Shown: piece by piece, positions 1-8,573 of the stretch
Layout of the letters: each line of letters opens with the position of its first letter
How positions within the stretch are numbered: the first letter of the stretch is position 1
Virus record (IMG/VR): IMGVR_UViG_3300008259_000347
Span: 1-64,000 of that record
Strand: one strand, 5' to 3'
Source of the DNA: a virus
DNA length: 64,000 nt
The notes under the pieces: generated by a model
What the model saw: only the letters and a program-made list of their open reading frames with translations
Database searches by the model: none
Told to the model about the DNA's origin: nothing
Program-made: the position numbers and the translations under genes

Positions 1-979
1 TTTTCTTCTGCGGAGCTTCGCCAGCGATAACTGCTGGTAAGTACTTTTCAAAGTTACTACGTAACTTAGTTGTATGTACACTTTCAAGCAATTCTGTCAT
101 AATAGCCTTTTGGCTTGTGGCCAAAGGACCTACTAATTCATCAACAATTGCCTTACGTTCTACACTCTCTTTTAACATTTTAACTTCTGCTTCTTTGCTT
201 TCTGAGATTAGGCGTGCTTCTGCTACAGCGTTTTTAGCAGCGGCAACTTCCAATTCTTTCATGTCTATGACTTTGAGCAATTTAGCTGTTTCTGATTTTT
301 CGCTTAGATAGCTGTTCTGATATTCACTAGCATACGCTTCAAAAATCTTACGACCGAAGTCGTTACGACGTGCGCTTTCAATATCTTCTTTTAGCTGGCC
401 AATCTCTTTGGTAAGAGTTTGTTCAACTGTATTTTCAACTAACTTAGCAGCACGTTTAATGAAATGTTCTTTCATTAACGCAAGAGCCTGACGGCCTTCG
501 CGTACTAAACGTACCTTTGTTTCTGCGATATCTTTTTTATCTGTATGGAACTCAGCGATTTCTTGAGCTAAAGCTTCTACTACAAAACGTTCAAGAGTTT
601 TAAACTTTTGAGCCATTTGTACTTGATCTTCGTGTAACTCACGGACTTCTGCTGCTAATTGGCGAGTAACAAACTCTTTCATTAGACCAGCATTTTGTCT
701 CATTGCTACAGCATACTTGGCCTTTTGTTCGGCAAGTTGCTTACGATCTTCCACAAATTCTACGATTTCTTCTGCTAAACGATCATTAAGCATACGATCG
801 ATTGCTTCGACCATAACTTGTTTGTCATGTTCGTAGCGTTGAGCAAATTCTTCGCGTAGTTGTTGTGTTACTTGTGTGCGATTCTCATTGATTCTCGCAT
901 CCCAAGCTTTTTCAATATCAGCTTTGATCTCTTCAGAAATCACATTGTTTTCAAATAAAGTTTTTAGTGCTTCCAACAT
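1..979 (-). CDS. gp22: Prohead core/scaffold protein (T4 gp22-like), runs off the window edge
   Basis: Not in the ORF track because it is open at the edge. ATG at 979 follows an AGGAGA RBS. It reads MLEALKTLFENNVISEEIKADIEKAWDARINENR..., is a Glu/Lys-rich coiled coil, and lies directly after gp21 as in T4. Confidence 0.8.
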   Translation of the reverse strand, partial: MLEALKTLFENNVISEEIKADIEKAWDARINENRTQVTQQLREEFAQRYEHDKQVMVEAIDRMLNDRLAEEIVEFVEDRKQLAEQKAKYAVAMRQNAGLMKEFVTRQLAAEVRELHEDQVQMAQKFKTLERFVVEALAQEIAEFHTDKKDIAETKVRLVREGRQALALMKEHFIKRAAKLVENTVEQTLTKEIGQLKEDIESARRNDFGRKIFEAYASEYQNSYLSEKSETAKLLKVIDMKELEVAAAKNAVAEARLISESKEAEVKMLKESVERKAIVDELVGPLATSQKAIMTELLESVHTTKLRSNFEKYLPAVIAGEAPQKK

Positions 980-993
980 GTGATTCTCCTTTT

Positions 994-1620
994 TTATTGG
1001 AGTCCGCTTATTATTTTCAATAAGCTTTCTTTAAGATACTTCTGCGCCTTAGGATCATCCTGAACCTCTTTCGCTATGCGCAAGCTTCTATATCCGCCTT
1101 GATGATTCATCAAGTGTTCATAGATAGGTGTAGGATATGCCCCAGGAGCACTGGGTTGAGCCACCACATCGACTGTGATGATTTCAAAATCTTTTACGTG
1201 TCCGCTATTATCAACATCTCCGGATCCACGTGAAGAAACTCCCAACTTTACGCCGGATTCAAGCATAGTTTTCACTAGTTGACCCATTGGAGTTGGGAGT
1301 ACTTTTAATTTACCATAACCGTCTGCGCCTTCCATCCACATATTTGTGACCATATGGCACACACGATCAAGGTTGATTCTTAGGTCGTCTGGATGATCTA
1401 CTTCGCCTAGCACTGAATAGCCACCAGCAATTTGATCGTTCAGGGTTTTGACAGCCCTGGCAATCTCACTTGCAGGATAAACTCTCTGATTTTGATTCCG
1501 TTTATCGCCTTGAATGCAAATCCCTTTTAAGTAAAGGGACTTGCCGTTCATGCCTTCCTCGGACTCAACGACCATTTTTGCTTGGTCGAAACTCAGGATT
1601 TCACGAAGACTTTTCATCAA
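994..1620 (-). CDS. gp21: Prohead protease (T4 gp21 family)
   Basis: Motifs LYLKGICIQGDKRNQNQRVYP, LGEVDHP, TPMGQLVK, LGVSSRGSG and DVVAQPSAPGA are typical of gp21. Confidence 0.95.
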   Translation of the reverse strand: MMKSLREILSFDQAKMVVESEEGMNGKSLYLKGICIQGDKRNQNQRVYPASEIARAVKTLNDQIAGGYSVLGEVDHPDDLRINLDRVCHMVTNMWMEGADGYGKLKVLPTPMGQLVKTMLESGVKLGVSSRGSGDVDNSGHVKDFEIITVDVVAQPSAPGAYPTPIYEHLMNHQGGYRSLRIAKEVQDDPKAQKYLKESLLKIISGLQ

Positions 1621-1627
1621 TTATACC

Positions 1628-2524
1628 TTATTTTGCGCGACTCTTTACACCGTTAAGAGGGCTACCAGCACTCTTATCACCATCGTCGCCACCTTTTGGT
1701 GAGCTTACTTTCTTAAGGTGCTTAACGCCAGCTTTACCGCCTGGAACATTTACGTTACCTGCGTTATCTTCCTTTGTTGATGGATTTGCTAATCCACCTT
1801 TTGTACCACCTGAAGTGCTTTCGCCACCAGCTACGATATTAGCAGCAGTGCCGCCCATGTCGTTTTTGCCAGCAACCATACTCTTTGTGTTTGCGCCGTC
1901 GTCGCCCATTTTTGCGTTAGCAACTTTCTCAATGTATTCGCGCATGAAGCTTACATCATCTGCCATGCCCATCTTCATTGGTTCTTCGTCGCCCATGTCC
2001 ATATCCATGTCATCACCGCCCATGTCCATATCCATGTCATCACCGCCCATGTCGTCGCCTTCGTCGCCCATCATTTTTTCAAATTCTGCACGTAAGTCGT
2101 CAATCGCATCTTCTAAATCAACCACACGATCTTCTAGATCGTCGCCGCCTTCTTCGTCGCCCATGTCCATGTCCATGTCGTCTTCGCCATCAGCAGAAAT
2201 GTCATCTAGTTGATCATCAGCTGGATCGCCGCCGATGTCGTCGTCGCCTTCGCCGAACGCAAAGTTTTCGTCCATTTCTTCATCGTCGTCGTCTTCTTTG
2301 GCTTCATCCATTTCTTCTTCATCGTCGTCGTCTTTGGCTTCATCCATTTCTTCATCTTCTTCTTTGTCGTCTTCTTCAGACATTTCAAAGTCTTCGGCTA
2401 AGATGTTTTCATAGATTTGGCGAGATTTTTCCACAACGATTTGATGGAAAATTTCTTTAGCTGCGTCTTGGTCTTCATTTACAAGATGCTCGAGCATCTG
2501 CTCGAATTTTGATCGATCAGTCAT
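1628..2524 (-). CDS. Highly acidic prohead core/scaffolding-like protein (position of T4 gp67/gp68)
   Basis: AGGAGG RBS; D/E/M/G low-complexity repeats; lies between portal and protease. Confidence 0.6.
   Translation of the reverse strand: MTDRSKFEQMLEHLVNEDQDAAKEIFHQIVVEKSRQIYENILAEDFEMSEEDDKEEDEEMDEAKDDDDEEEMDEAKEDDDDEEMDENFAFGEGDDDIGGDPADDQLDDISADGEDDMDMDMGDEEGGDDLEDRVVDLEDAIDDLRAEFEKMMGDEGDDMGGDDMDMDMGGDDMDMDMGDEEPMKMGMADDVSFMREYIEKVANAKMGDDGANTKSMVAGKNDMGGTAANIVAGGESTSGGTKGGLANPSTKEDNAGNVNVPGGKAGVKHLKKVSSPKGGDDGDKSAGSPLNGVKSRAK
1991..2053 (-). repeat. 27-nt tandem coding repeat (GGDDMDMDM)
   Basis: gcccatgtccatatccatgtcatcacc occurs twice plus a partial third copy. Confidence 0.85.
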
Positions 2525-2561
2525 TTTATCCTCCTATTAAGATTGTAAGGCTGTCAAATAT

Positions 2562-2567
2562 TATTTA
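2562..2567 (-). promoter_or_regulatory. Late-promoter -10 element TAAATA upstream of the scaffold/protease operon
   Basis: TAAATA overlaps the upstream stop codon and is followed by AGGAGG and the ATG at 2524. It resembles the T4 late consensus TATAAATA. Confidence 0.55.
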
Positions 2568-3134
2568 CAGAGAAACCCAAAAACCTAATTCCTCATAAGT
2601 CATGTGTCTAAAGTTAGCATAGGGCCATTCTAAATTATAATACTTAGAGTCAACAACTCTATAAAATTTTATAGACTTGTTTTGTTTTATAACTTGCTCT
2701 GTTTGTTTTTCCCAATTACCGTGATATGTTGCAGGATCTGTGCTTCTTCTATAGTTAGCAGTGTCAGCATACACATTGTTCAATAAGCCCTGAGCTCCAG
2801 TATAATCAAATCCGAATATATAAATTTCACTCGGTCGATGTTTACAGGCAAAGTCTAGTGCTGTAGGTCCAGAACTCCATCCTAGACTAGGACTAAAGTA
2901 TCTAAATCCGCTAAAATTTCTGTACTTTGCGTTAGGATTAGTCCACACTTCGTGCGTCTTGTGATAGCCACTTTTTTCTATTTCCACTATCATTTTTGGA
3001 TCAACAGCAATCAGATAGTCAGGTTCAAACTCTCTGTACAGAGCATTACAGCCATACACTTTGCCGTATTTTCTTAGTTCGTGTGGGTTAATATTAAGGC
3101 GGCTGCGGCCATTTCCTAATACAAAACTACGCAT
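2565..3134 (-). CDS. Glycosyltransferase-like protein (GT29/Maf-DUF115-like Rossmann fold)
   Basis: N-terminal FVLGNGRSR, YGCNALYR, DYLIAVD, SSGPTAL and IYIFGFD motifs. Confidence 0.6.
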   Translation of the reverse strand: MRSFVLGNGRSRLNINPHELRKYGKVYGCNALYREFEPDYLIAVDPKMIVEIEKSGYHKTHEVWTNPNAKYRNFSGFRYFSPSLGWSSGPTALDFACKHRPSEIYIFGFDYTGAQGLLNNVYADTANYRRSTDPATYHGNWEKQTEQVIKQNKSIKFYRVVDSKYYNLEWPYANFRHMTYEELGFWVSL

Positions 3135-3156
3135 TAAAATTTCCTTTTAATGGTAA

Positions 3157-3396
3157 TTATGCCGCAGGCTGTGGAGGTGTTTTATACATGGCTTCAATGA
3201 ATTCTAATTCTTTTTCTTGTTCAAGAATATGTGCTTCACTGGCCTTACGTAGTTCATTTATTTGACTTAATGTTAGTCTTGTTTTACGTGTATCACTTCT
3301 TTCTATAGTTGTAGAATCGTGTTGCGGCTGGTAGCGCATGTCATTGGCTATGGCACGTAAATCTTTATCAACGTAAAATAACTCGCGTAGTATCAT
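3157..3396 (-). CDS. Small head-module protein
   Basis: 79 aa between portal and scaffold. N-terminus MILRELF. TAAATA lies 5 nt before the ATG. Confidence 0.6.
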   Translation of the reverse strand: MILRELFYVDKDLRAIANDMRYQPQHDSTTIERSDTRKTRLTLSQINELRKASEAHILEQEKELEFIEAMYKTPPQPAA

Positions 3397-3404
3397 AATA
3401 ATAT

Positions 3405-5117
3405 TTATGCGGGAGCGGCAGGCGCAGGCGCGGCTGGAGCAGCTGGAGCAGGAGGCATTCCACCTGCGGCCATGTCAGGTGGAGCAGCAGCGTCAGCATT
3501 AGCTGTCATGTCAGCACTAATACCTGCTTGACTTACACCAGCACCTCGAAGTTCTGCTACACTATCTGTTGGTGTTGGCTTGGCTTTGCCGTTCTCTTCT
3601 GCCCATAGACGTTCGTTTTCAGCGATTTCTTCGTCTGTTAGTCCTAGGAATCGTTTAAGAGCAAAACGTTTACTGATCGTCGGCACCTGACTCATAGTCT
3701 GATAAGTTGGCGCACGAGCAGTATCTAGTTCACTCTGTCTTGTGGCTGCGAAATTTTGTGGCGGTTCAAATTTTAAATCAAATAAACTAGTATCTATATT
3801 AACGCCACGCTCTTTTAGATACAATTTAAATTCTGTATCAAATATTTCTGTCATTAGATTTTGTAACCTAATACAGTAGTTGTTAAATCTTAATTCTTGA
3901 ATATAAGCAGTACCCACTCTGCCATCGTTATATTGGCTTTGACTGTCGTCTGCTCCGGTAGGCAAATAGCTACTTGGAATTCTTAGGCCGCGGAATAACT
4001 TGTTTGTGAAATACTTTAAGTCATCAATTTCACCTAGGTTTGTTCCGCCTGGCAGTGTTTCTACTTTTGAACCTCTACCTTCTGCTGTTTGTGGGAAGAA
4101 ATAGTCTTCGTTAATTGATAAAGGATTATAGGCTGAGTCAATAACATTAGTAGTGCCGCCAACAGCAGAAGGAATTCTTCTTTGATGTATTTCATTTTTT
4201 ACCCTCTCTACAAAGCTCATGGCCAAGTGACTGGGCATATTACCTACATCAATATAAAAAATTCTACGCTCAGGAGCACGTTGGATACGATAGATAATAA
4301 TAGCATCTTCTAGCAGTTCTTTCTGCTTGAATACCTTGAACACTGTTTCTAATAAACTGTTACCAAAAGGATAATTGTTATCTAATCCTTCGCTTAAACT
4401 GATGTGAACTACGTGTTTTGCGTCAACTGCTAGTTCGTTTTCGTTGTTTTGAAAACGTGTACCTGGACTGATAGGATAAGCACTGGCTTGTCCTCTAGCG
4501 GCAGCTCCGCCGGCAACATAAGCAGTGCCTCGATTGTTTGAATTAGTAGTGTTAGGATTAATAGTTGTTACTGTGAGATCTTGAAAATTAGGATTCAAAT
4601 CTCTAATAACATATTGCTCTGGCTTCTTGCCTTCGCTTTCGTTGACAATAACCTTGGTAATCTTACCTGGATCAACATGAAACCATTTTTTATCTTCTGG
4701 GTCTCTGATAAAAAAAGCATCTCCGTATTTGAATACATTACGCACAATTCTAAAAATACGTGTGTCAAATTTTTGTATCTTACTCCATTGTTGTAAGTAC
4801 TCTCGTAAAATTTGAATTTCACTGTTAGTGGCCTTTTGTTTATAATAAAAATGAAAAGGTGTTTGATTCTCTTTATTTTTCTGACTACAGAATTCGCTGA
4901 GAATATCCAAGGCAGCATTTACTTCGCTGTCCATGTCCATGGTATCATATTGTAAGTAACGATCAATACGATTAGGGGCACCAGTATATACATCTGGTAA
5001 AAAACTTGAATAGTTTGTACGAGCCGGGCCAGCACTACGTCCAGTCATACTCATAGGACTGTAGTTACTAGAATCCTTGTTTACCTGTACAGGAGTAAAA
5101 TATTTCTTCCAACTCAT
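3405..5117 (-). CDS. gp20: Portal protein (T4 gp20 family)
   Basis: Motifs LEDAIIIYRIQRAPERRIFYIDVGNMP, EDYFFP, GRGSKVETLPGG and DDLKYFTNKLFRGLRIPSS. Confidence 0.96.
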   Translation of the reverse strand: MSWKKYFTPVQVNKDSSNYSPMSMTGRSAGPARTNYSSFLPDVYTGAPNRIDRYLQYDTMDMDSEVNAALDILSEFCSQKNKENQTPFHFYYKQKATNSEIQILREYLQQWSKIQKFDTRIFRIVRNVFKYGDAFFIRDPEDKKWFHVDPGKITKVIVNESEGKKPEQYVIRDLNPNFQDLTVTTINPNTTNSNNRGTAYVAGGAAARGQASAYPISPGTRFQNNENELAVDAKHVVHISLSEGLDNNYPFGNSLLETVFKVFKQKELLEDAIIIYRIQRAPERRIFYIDVGNMPSHLAMSFVERVKNEIHQRRIPSAVGGTTNVIDSAYNPLSINEDYFFPQTAEGRGSKVETLPGGTNLGEIDDLKYFTNKLFRGLRIPSSYLPTGADDSQSQYNDGRVGTAYIQELRFNNYCIRLQNLMTEIFDTEFKLYLKERGVNIDTSLFDLKFEPPQNFAATRQSELDTARAPTYQTMSQVPTISKRFALKRFLGLTDEEIAENERLWAEENGKAKPTPTDSVAELRGAGVSQAGISADMTANADAAAPPDMAAGGMPPAPAAPAAPAPAAPA

Positions 5118-5120
5118 TGA

Positions 5121-7457
5121 TTAGCTCGCATAAACGTCTTTGCCATTGGCCTTAGTAGCCTTAATTTGTCGTTGTCCAAGATCTTTTTGGACGTCAATTA
5201 GCGTAGTGACCTTAGTATTTAATTGATTTAACGCCACAACTACGTCGTTAAGAGTTGATTCTTTACCTGTGGCAGCAGGAGGTTTAGCTGCGTCTGGTTT
5301 CTTTTCTTCTGGTTTAGCTGCTGTAGTAGCAGGTGGTGTGGCAGGTGCTGATGGTTGTGTAGTACTAGCAGCTTTCTTTTCTTCTTCTTTCTTTTTGATT
5401 TCAGTAGGAATCTCAGCAGCTCTTTCTTTAATTTGGCTAGTAATTGGCATGCCATACTGATCAAACTTTAAGCTTTTCATATCTACTTTGTCCCGATATG
5501 AAGAACTAATATTAGCGTTAACAGTCTCACCCATTTTCTTAAGATCAATGTTACCAGTCTTAGGTGCTCCTGCCATTATGGCTGCTCTTTTTTGTTCGTC
5601 TAAGTCGTTGCCGCTAGTCTTAGGAGCACCTGCCGAGATTGCTGATTTTTTTAGTTCATCTAACTTACTCAGCTGAGTAGTATCCATTACTCCTGATTTA
5701 GGTACAGCTTTCATAGCTCCTTCTAATGTATTCTGAACCAAGGAATTTATATCTTTTGGAGTCATTATGGCTTCCATGCCATGTAACATCATAGGAGTAC
5801 CAGCACCAAAATTTTCTAGCATAGACCCTGTCATAGTAAGAGATCCTTGACTTCTGCTTCCTTTGGGCTGTGTTTCGGCTAACTGTTTTACTTTTTCTAC
5901 AGCAGCTTCGGCTACTTTTTTAACTGCTGGAATAGTTTCATCTATAAGTTTATGTGTAGCTTTGTTGACGGCTCCTGCGCTTTGTAAGAATCCATCAGCT
6001 TCTTTAAATCCTGCATTACCTCCAATATCTATTTCAGATTTTGCTTTCTGTGCAACTGTGGCTTTTTCCATTCCTGGTCGATCTTTAATCATTCCGCCTA
6101 GTGTTCCGTCAGCTCTAAAAGCTGTATTAGCTAGACCTTCTAAGGCTTTGTTTACTTGTCCTTGTATAGGTTGAACAAATTTTTCATTCAATACACTTTG
6201 AACATCGCCTATTCTACCTGTGAGACCTGCTAAAGCTTTAGAAGTAGCATCAACTGGTTGAGCTGTACCTGTTGCGTCTTTGCGCATGCCAGCTTGCGCC
6301 ATTTCTATTTCTTCCATAGCTTTTTTGGCAGCTGCAGCATATCCTTCCTTTGTTTTTAAGTCTATGTTGTTAGCAGCAGCAGTTTTTTCTATAGTTCGAA
6401 CAAAATCAATTTGTTTAGAAGCACCTTCATTAAGAGTTTTACTATAAGTGCCGCCAGCATCGCCTAATGTCATTGCTTGTAACTTTGTGACATCATTCAT
6501 ATCTTTAGTGGCTGCTGCCATCAAATCGAGTCTATGTTTATTACCTTGTTCTTCTCTTTGAGCAGCAGTTAGCGTCCTGTCAGCAGCGGTGTCGGCCATC
6601 TTTTTAGCAGCATTGGCTTGATCTTTATTAATTGCTGCTTGGGTAGCAGCTTCTTTAGTCATGATTTGACCTGTGGCGAATATTTCTTTAAACATTTGCC
6701 CTTGGCCCAATACTTGTGCTTCGTGAAGTTGCTGTCTGGCATTTGCTTCAAATTTAGCAGCTTCCTCTGCACTCATACCTTGAGTTTTTAATCTTATAGC
6801 AGCTTCGAATTGCATGTCTGCTTGCTGCTTTTTCATCATTTCTGCTTGCTCTGCTCTACTTTTTCCTGTGAGTTTGCTCAAGGCGTCCATTTCATTTGCT
6901 AATTTCATCGCATTATTAGCAGCAACAGACTGCATTTCTTGATCGTCTTTGAATTTTCCTCTTAGTGTAACGCCTTGTAGTGCTAAAACTTCGTTAATAT
7001 CTCTAGTAGTAAATCCCATAGCACGTAACTGATCAGTTGCTTTGGAATTATTGTCAAAGAAACTTTTACTGGCAGCAGCAAATCCTTCAGCACTATTAGT
7101 TAGGTTTGTTCCAAATCCTTTTAATATACCGTCCTTTTGAAAACTAAGAAATGATTCTTCCATTTCTTTAGTGCTCATTCTCATACCAACCGCAGCATTA
7201 CTCATGGCAAACAAGTCACCGCTGAAGTTCATGCCTGCTTTAGACAAGTTTTGATACATGTCTGCGCTTTCTGCTACATTTTTCTTGAGAGCTTCAGCTG
7301 AGGTAAACATCACAGATCCGGCTTTTTTGATACCATCTATGGTCATATCAAGTTTGCTCTCGGTATCGCCGCCACCGCCGCCAGAACTGCTTCCGCGTTT
7401 ACGGTCTCTTTTTAGCTCTTCGATCAGTGCGTCAAGTTTGGCATCAGTACTAGACAT
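5121..7457 (-). CDS. Probable tape-measure protein
   Basis: ~778 aa, Ala/Lys/Met-rich and helical. The start is moved to ATG 7457 (MSSTDAK, AGGA RBS). It lies divergent from the tail-chaperone-like pair. Confidence 0.55.
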   Translation of the reverse strand: MSSTDAKLDALIEELKRDRKRGSSSGGGGGDTESKLDMTIDGIKKAGSVMFTSAEALKKNVAESADMYQNLSKAGMNFSGDLFAMSNAAVGMRMSTKEMEESFLSFQKDGILKGFGTNLTNSAEGFAAASKSFFDNNSKATDQLRAMGFTTRDINEVLALQGVTLRGKFKDDQEMQSVAANNAMKLANEMDALSKLTGKSRAEQAEMMKKQQADMQFEAAIRLKTQGMSAEEAAKFEANARQQLHEAQVLGQGQMFKEIFATGQIMTKEAATQAAINKDQANAAKKMADTAADRTLTAAQREEQGNKHRLDLMAAATKDMNDVTKLQAMTLGDAGGTYSKTLNEGASKQIDFVRTIEKTAAANNIDLKTKEGYAAAAKKAMEEIEMAQAGMRKDATGTAQPVDATSKALAGLTGRIGDVQSVLNEKFVQPIQGQVNKALEGLANTAFRADGTLGGMIKDRPGMEKATVAQKAKSEIDIGGNAGFKEADGFLQSAGAVNKATHKLIDETIPAVKKVAEAAVEKVKQLAETQPKGSRSQGSLTMTGSMLENFGAGTPMMLHGMEAIMTPKDINSLVQNTLEGAMKAVPKSGVMDTTQLSKLDELKKSAISAGAPKTSGNDLDEQKRAAIMAGAPKTGNIDLKKMGETVNANISSSYRDKVDMKSLKFDQYGMPITSQIKERAAEIPTEIKKKEEEKKAASTTQPSAPATPPATTAAKPEEKKPDAAKPPAATGKESTLNDVVVALNQLNTKVTTLIDVQKDLGQRQIKATKANGKDVYAS

Positions 7458-7481
7458 ATTTTTTTTCCTAAAAAATGCGTA

Positions 7482-7504
7482 TATAAATACATTTAATATA
7501 TTTA
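7482..7504. promoter_or_regulatory. Overlapping late promoters: TATAAATA (+, 7482-7489) and TAAATA (-, 7499-7504)
   Basis: A perfect T4 late consensus on + and its core on -, inside a 58-nt divergent intergenic gap. Confidence 0.6.
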
Positions 7505-7515
7505 TCGGATGAAAA

Positions 7516-8343
7516 ATGAGCAATACTAACCCGTTACAACAGTACTTTAGACAGCCTAAAATCTTTATTAGCTTACCTAGTAAAGGTTTATATTACGCTT
7601 CAGGTAGTTTCCAAGGAGACTATAACAATGTTCCAATCATGTCTATGACAGGCATGGATGAAATTTTAATGAAAACTCCAGACGCCCTGTTTAATGGAGA
7701 AGCTGCGTTTAAAGTTATCGAAAGTTGCTGCCCGTTTGTAAAAAATGCTAGGCAAATACCTAGCACAGACGTAGACACATTTTTAACTGCTATAAGAATT
7801 GCTACTTACGGCAATATACTAAACATAAGTCAAGATTGTAAACAATGTGGGGCTGAAAACGATTATGAATTCGATTTACAAAATACAGTTACATATTTTC
7901 AAAATCTTAGATTTATAAACGAAATAAAGATAGACGATACTCTTACTATTAGTATACGACCTCTAAGCTACGAGCAAATAAACTATTTTGGTTTAGAAAA
8001 TTTTAAACTTCAAAAAACAGTAGCACAAGCTTATAATATCACTGACGAAGAAGAAAAAATTCGTATAACAGATCAAGTGTTTGCTGATTTAAGCGAACTA
8101 CAATTAGCCTTATACTTGGCATCCATCGAACAAGTAAAGATTAATAATCAAATAGTTACAGATCAAGAACATATTTACGAGTGGTTAAAAAATATGGACC
8201 GTGATGTGTTTAATTTGATCAAGTCTAAACTCGAAGCTAATAAAAGCCAATGGGAAATTTCAGAACAACCTGTTAAATGCGGTCAATGTGAAGCGGACAA
8301 TATTATCAAACCAATTTTGGATCAAACAAATTTTTTCGTTTAA
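7516..8343 (+). CDS. Baseplate hub assembly / tail chaperone (T4 gp26-like)
   Basis: NPLQQYFRQPKIFISLPSKG, MTGMDEI and AIRIATYG; two CxxC pairs; ends NFFV. Confidence 0.75.
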   Translation: MSNTNPLQQYFRQPKIFISLPSKGLYYASGSFQGDYNNVPIMSMTGMDEILMKTPDALFNGEAAFKVIESCCPFVKNARQIPSTDVDTFLTAIRIATYGNILNISQDCKQCGAENDYEFDLQNTVTYFQNLRFINEIKIDDTLTISIRPLSYEQINYFGLENFKLQKTVAQAYNITDEEEKIRITDQVFADLSELQLALYLASIEQVKINNQIVTDQEHIYEWLKNMDRDVFNLIKSKLEANKSQWEISEQPVKCGQCEADNIIKPILDQTNFFV

Positions 8344-8570
8344 TCTTACTTCAACTCTCGGATTCTGATATTGCATCAGTTGTCGATAGATATGAAGCAG
8401 AAATTAAAGAATTAAAAGACGAATTTTTTAGATTAAGTTGGTACATGCGAGGTGGTGTTACTGCTGATCAAATGTTTTATCTGTATGGTTATGAAGATAG
8501 ATCAATAATGAACAATATTATCAAAGAAAATATAGAACTGACTAAGAAGACAGGCACTAATTTCTTATAA
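8337..8570 (+). CDS. gp51-like extension in the -1 frame, probably reached by programmed frameshift
   Basis: Open frame RLILLQLSDSDIASVVDRYEAEIKELKDEFFRLSWYMRGG...ENIELTKKTGTNFL. There is no ATG/GTG/TTG between the slippery site and WYMRGG. The heptamer T TTT TTC is at 8331-8337. Confidence 0.7.
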   Translation, partial: RLILLQLSDSDIASVVDRYEAEIKELKDEFFRLSWYMRGGVTADQMFYLYGYEDRSIMNNIIKENIELTKKTGTNFL

Positions 8571-8573
8571 TTT

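Noticed and set aside
1470-2460. ORFs 1470-2213, 1978-2460, 2210-2401 (+) and 2206-2388 (-)
   Set aside because: Shadow frames of the low-complexity acidic gene; their odd Cys/Arg/Ser/Phe composition follows from its repeats.
3126-3135. AACTACGCAT, similar to the TACGCA promoter box
   Set aside because: It is the antisense of a start codon region (ATGCGTAGTT) and has no TAAATA 15 nt downstream.
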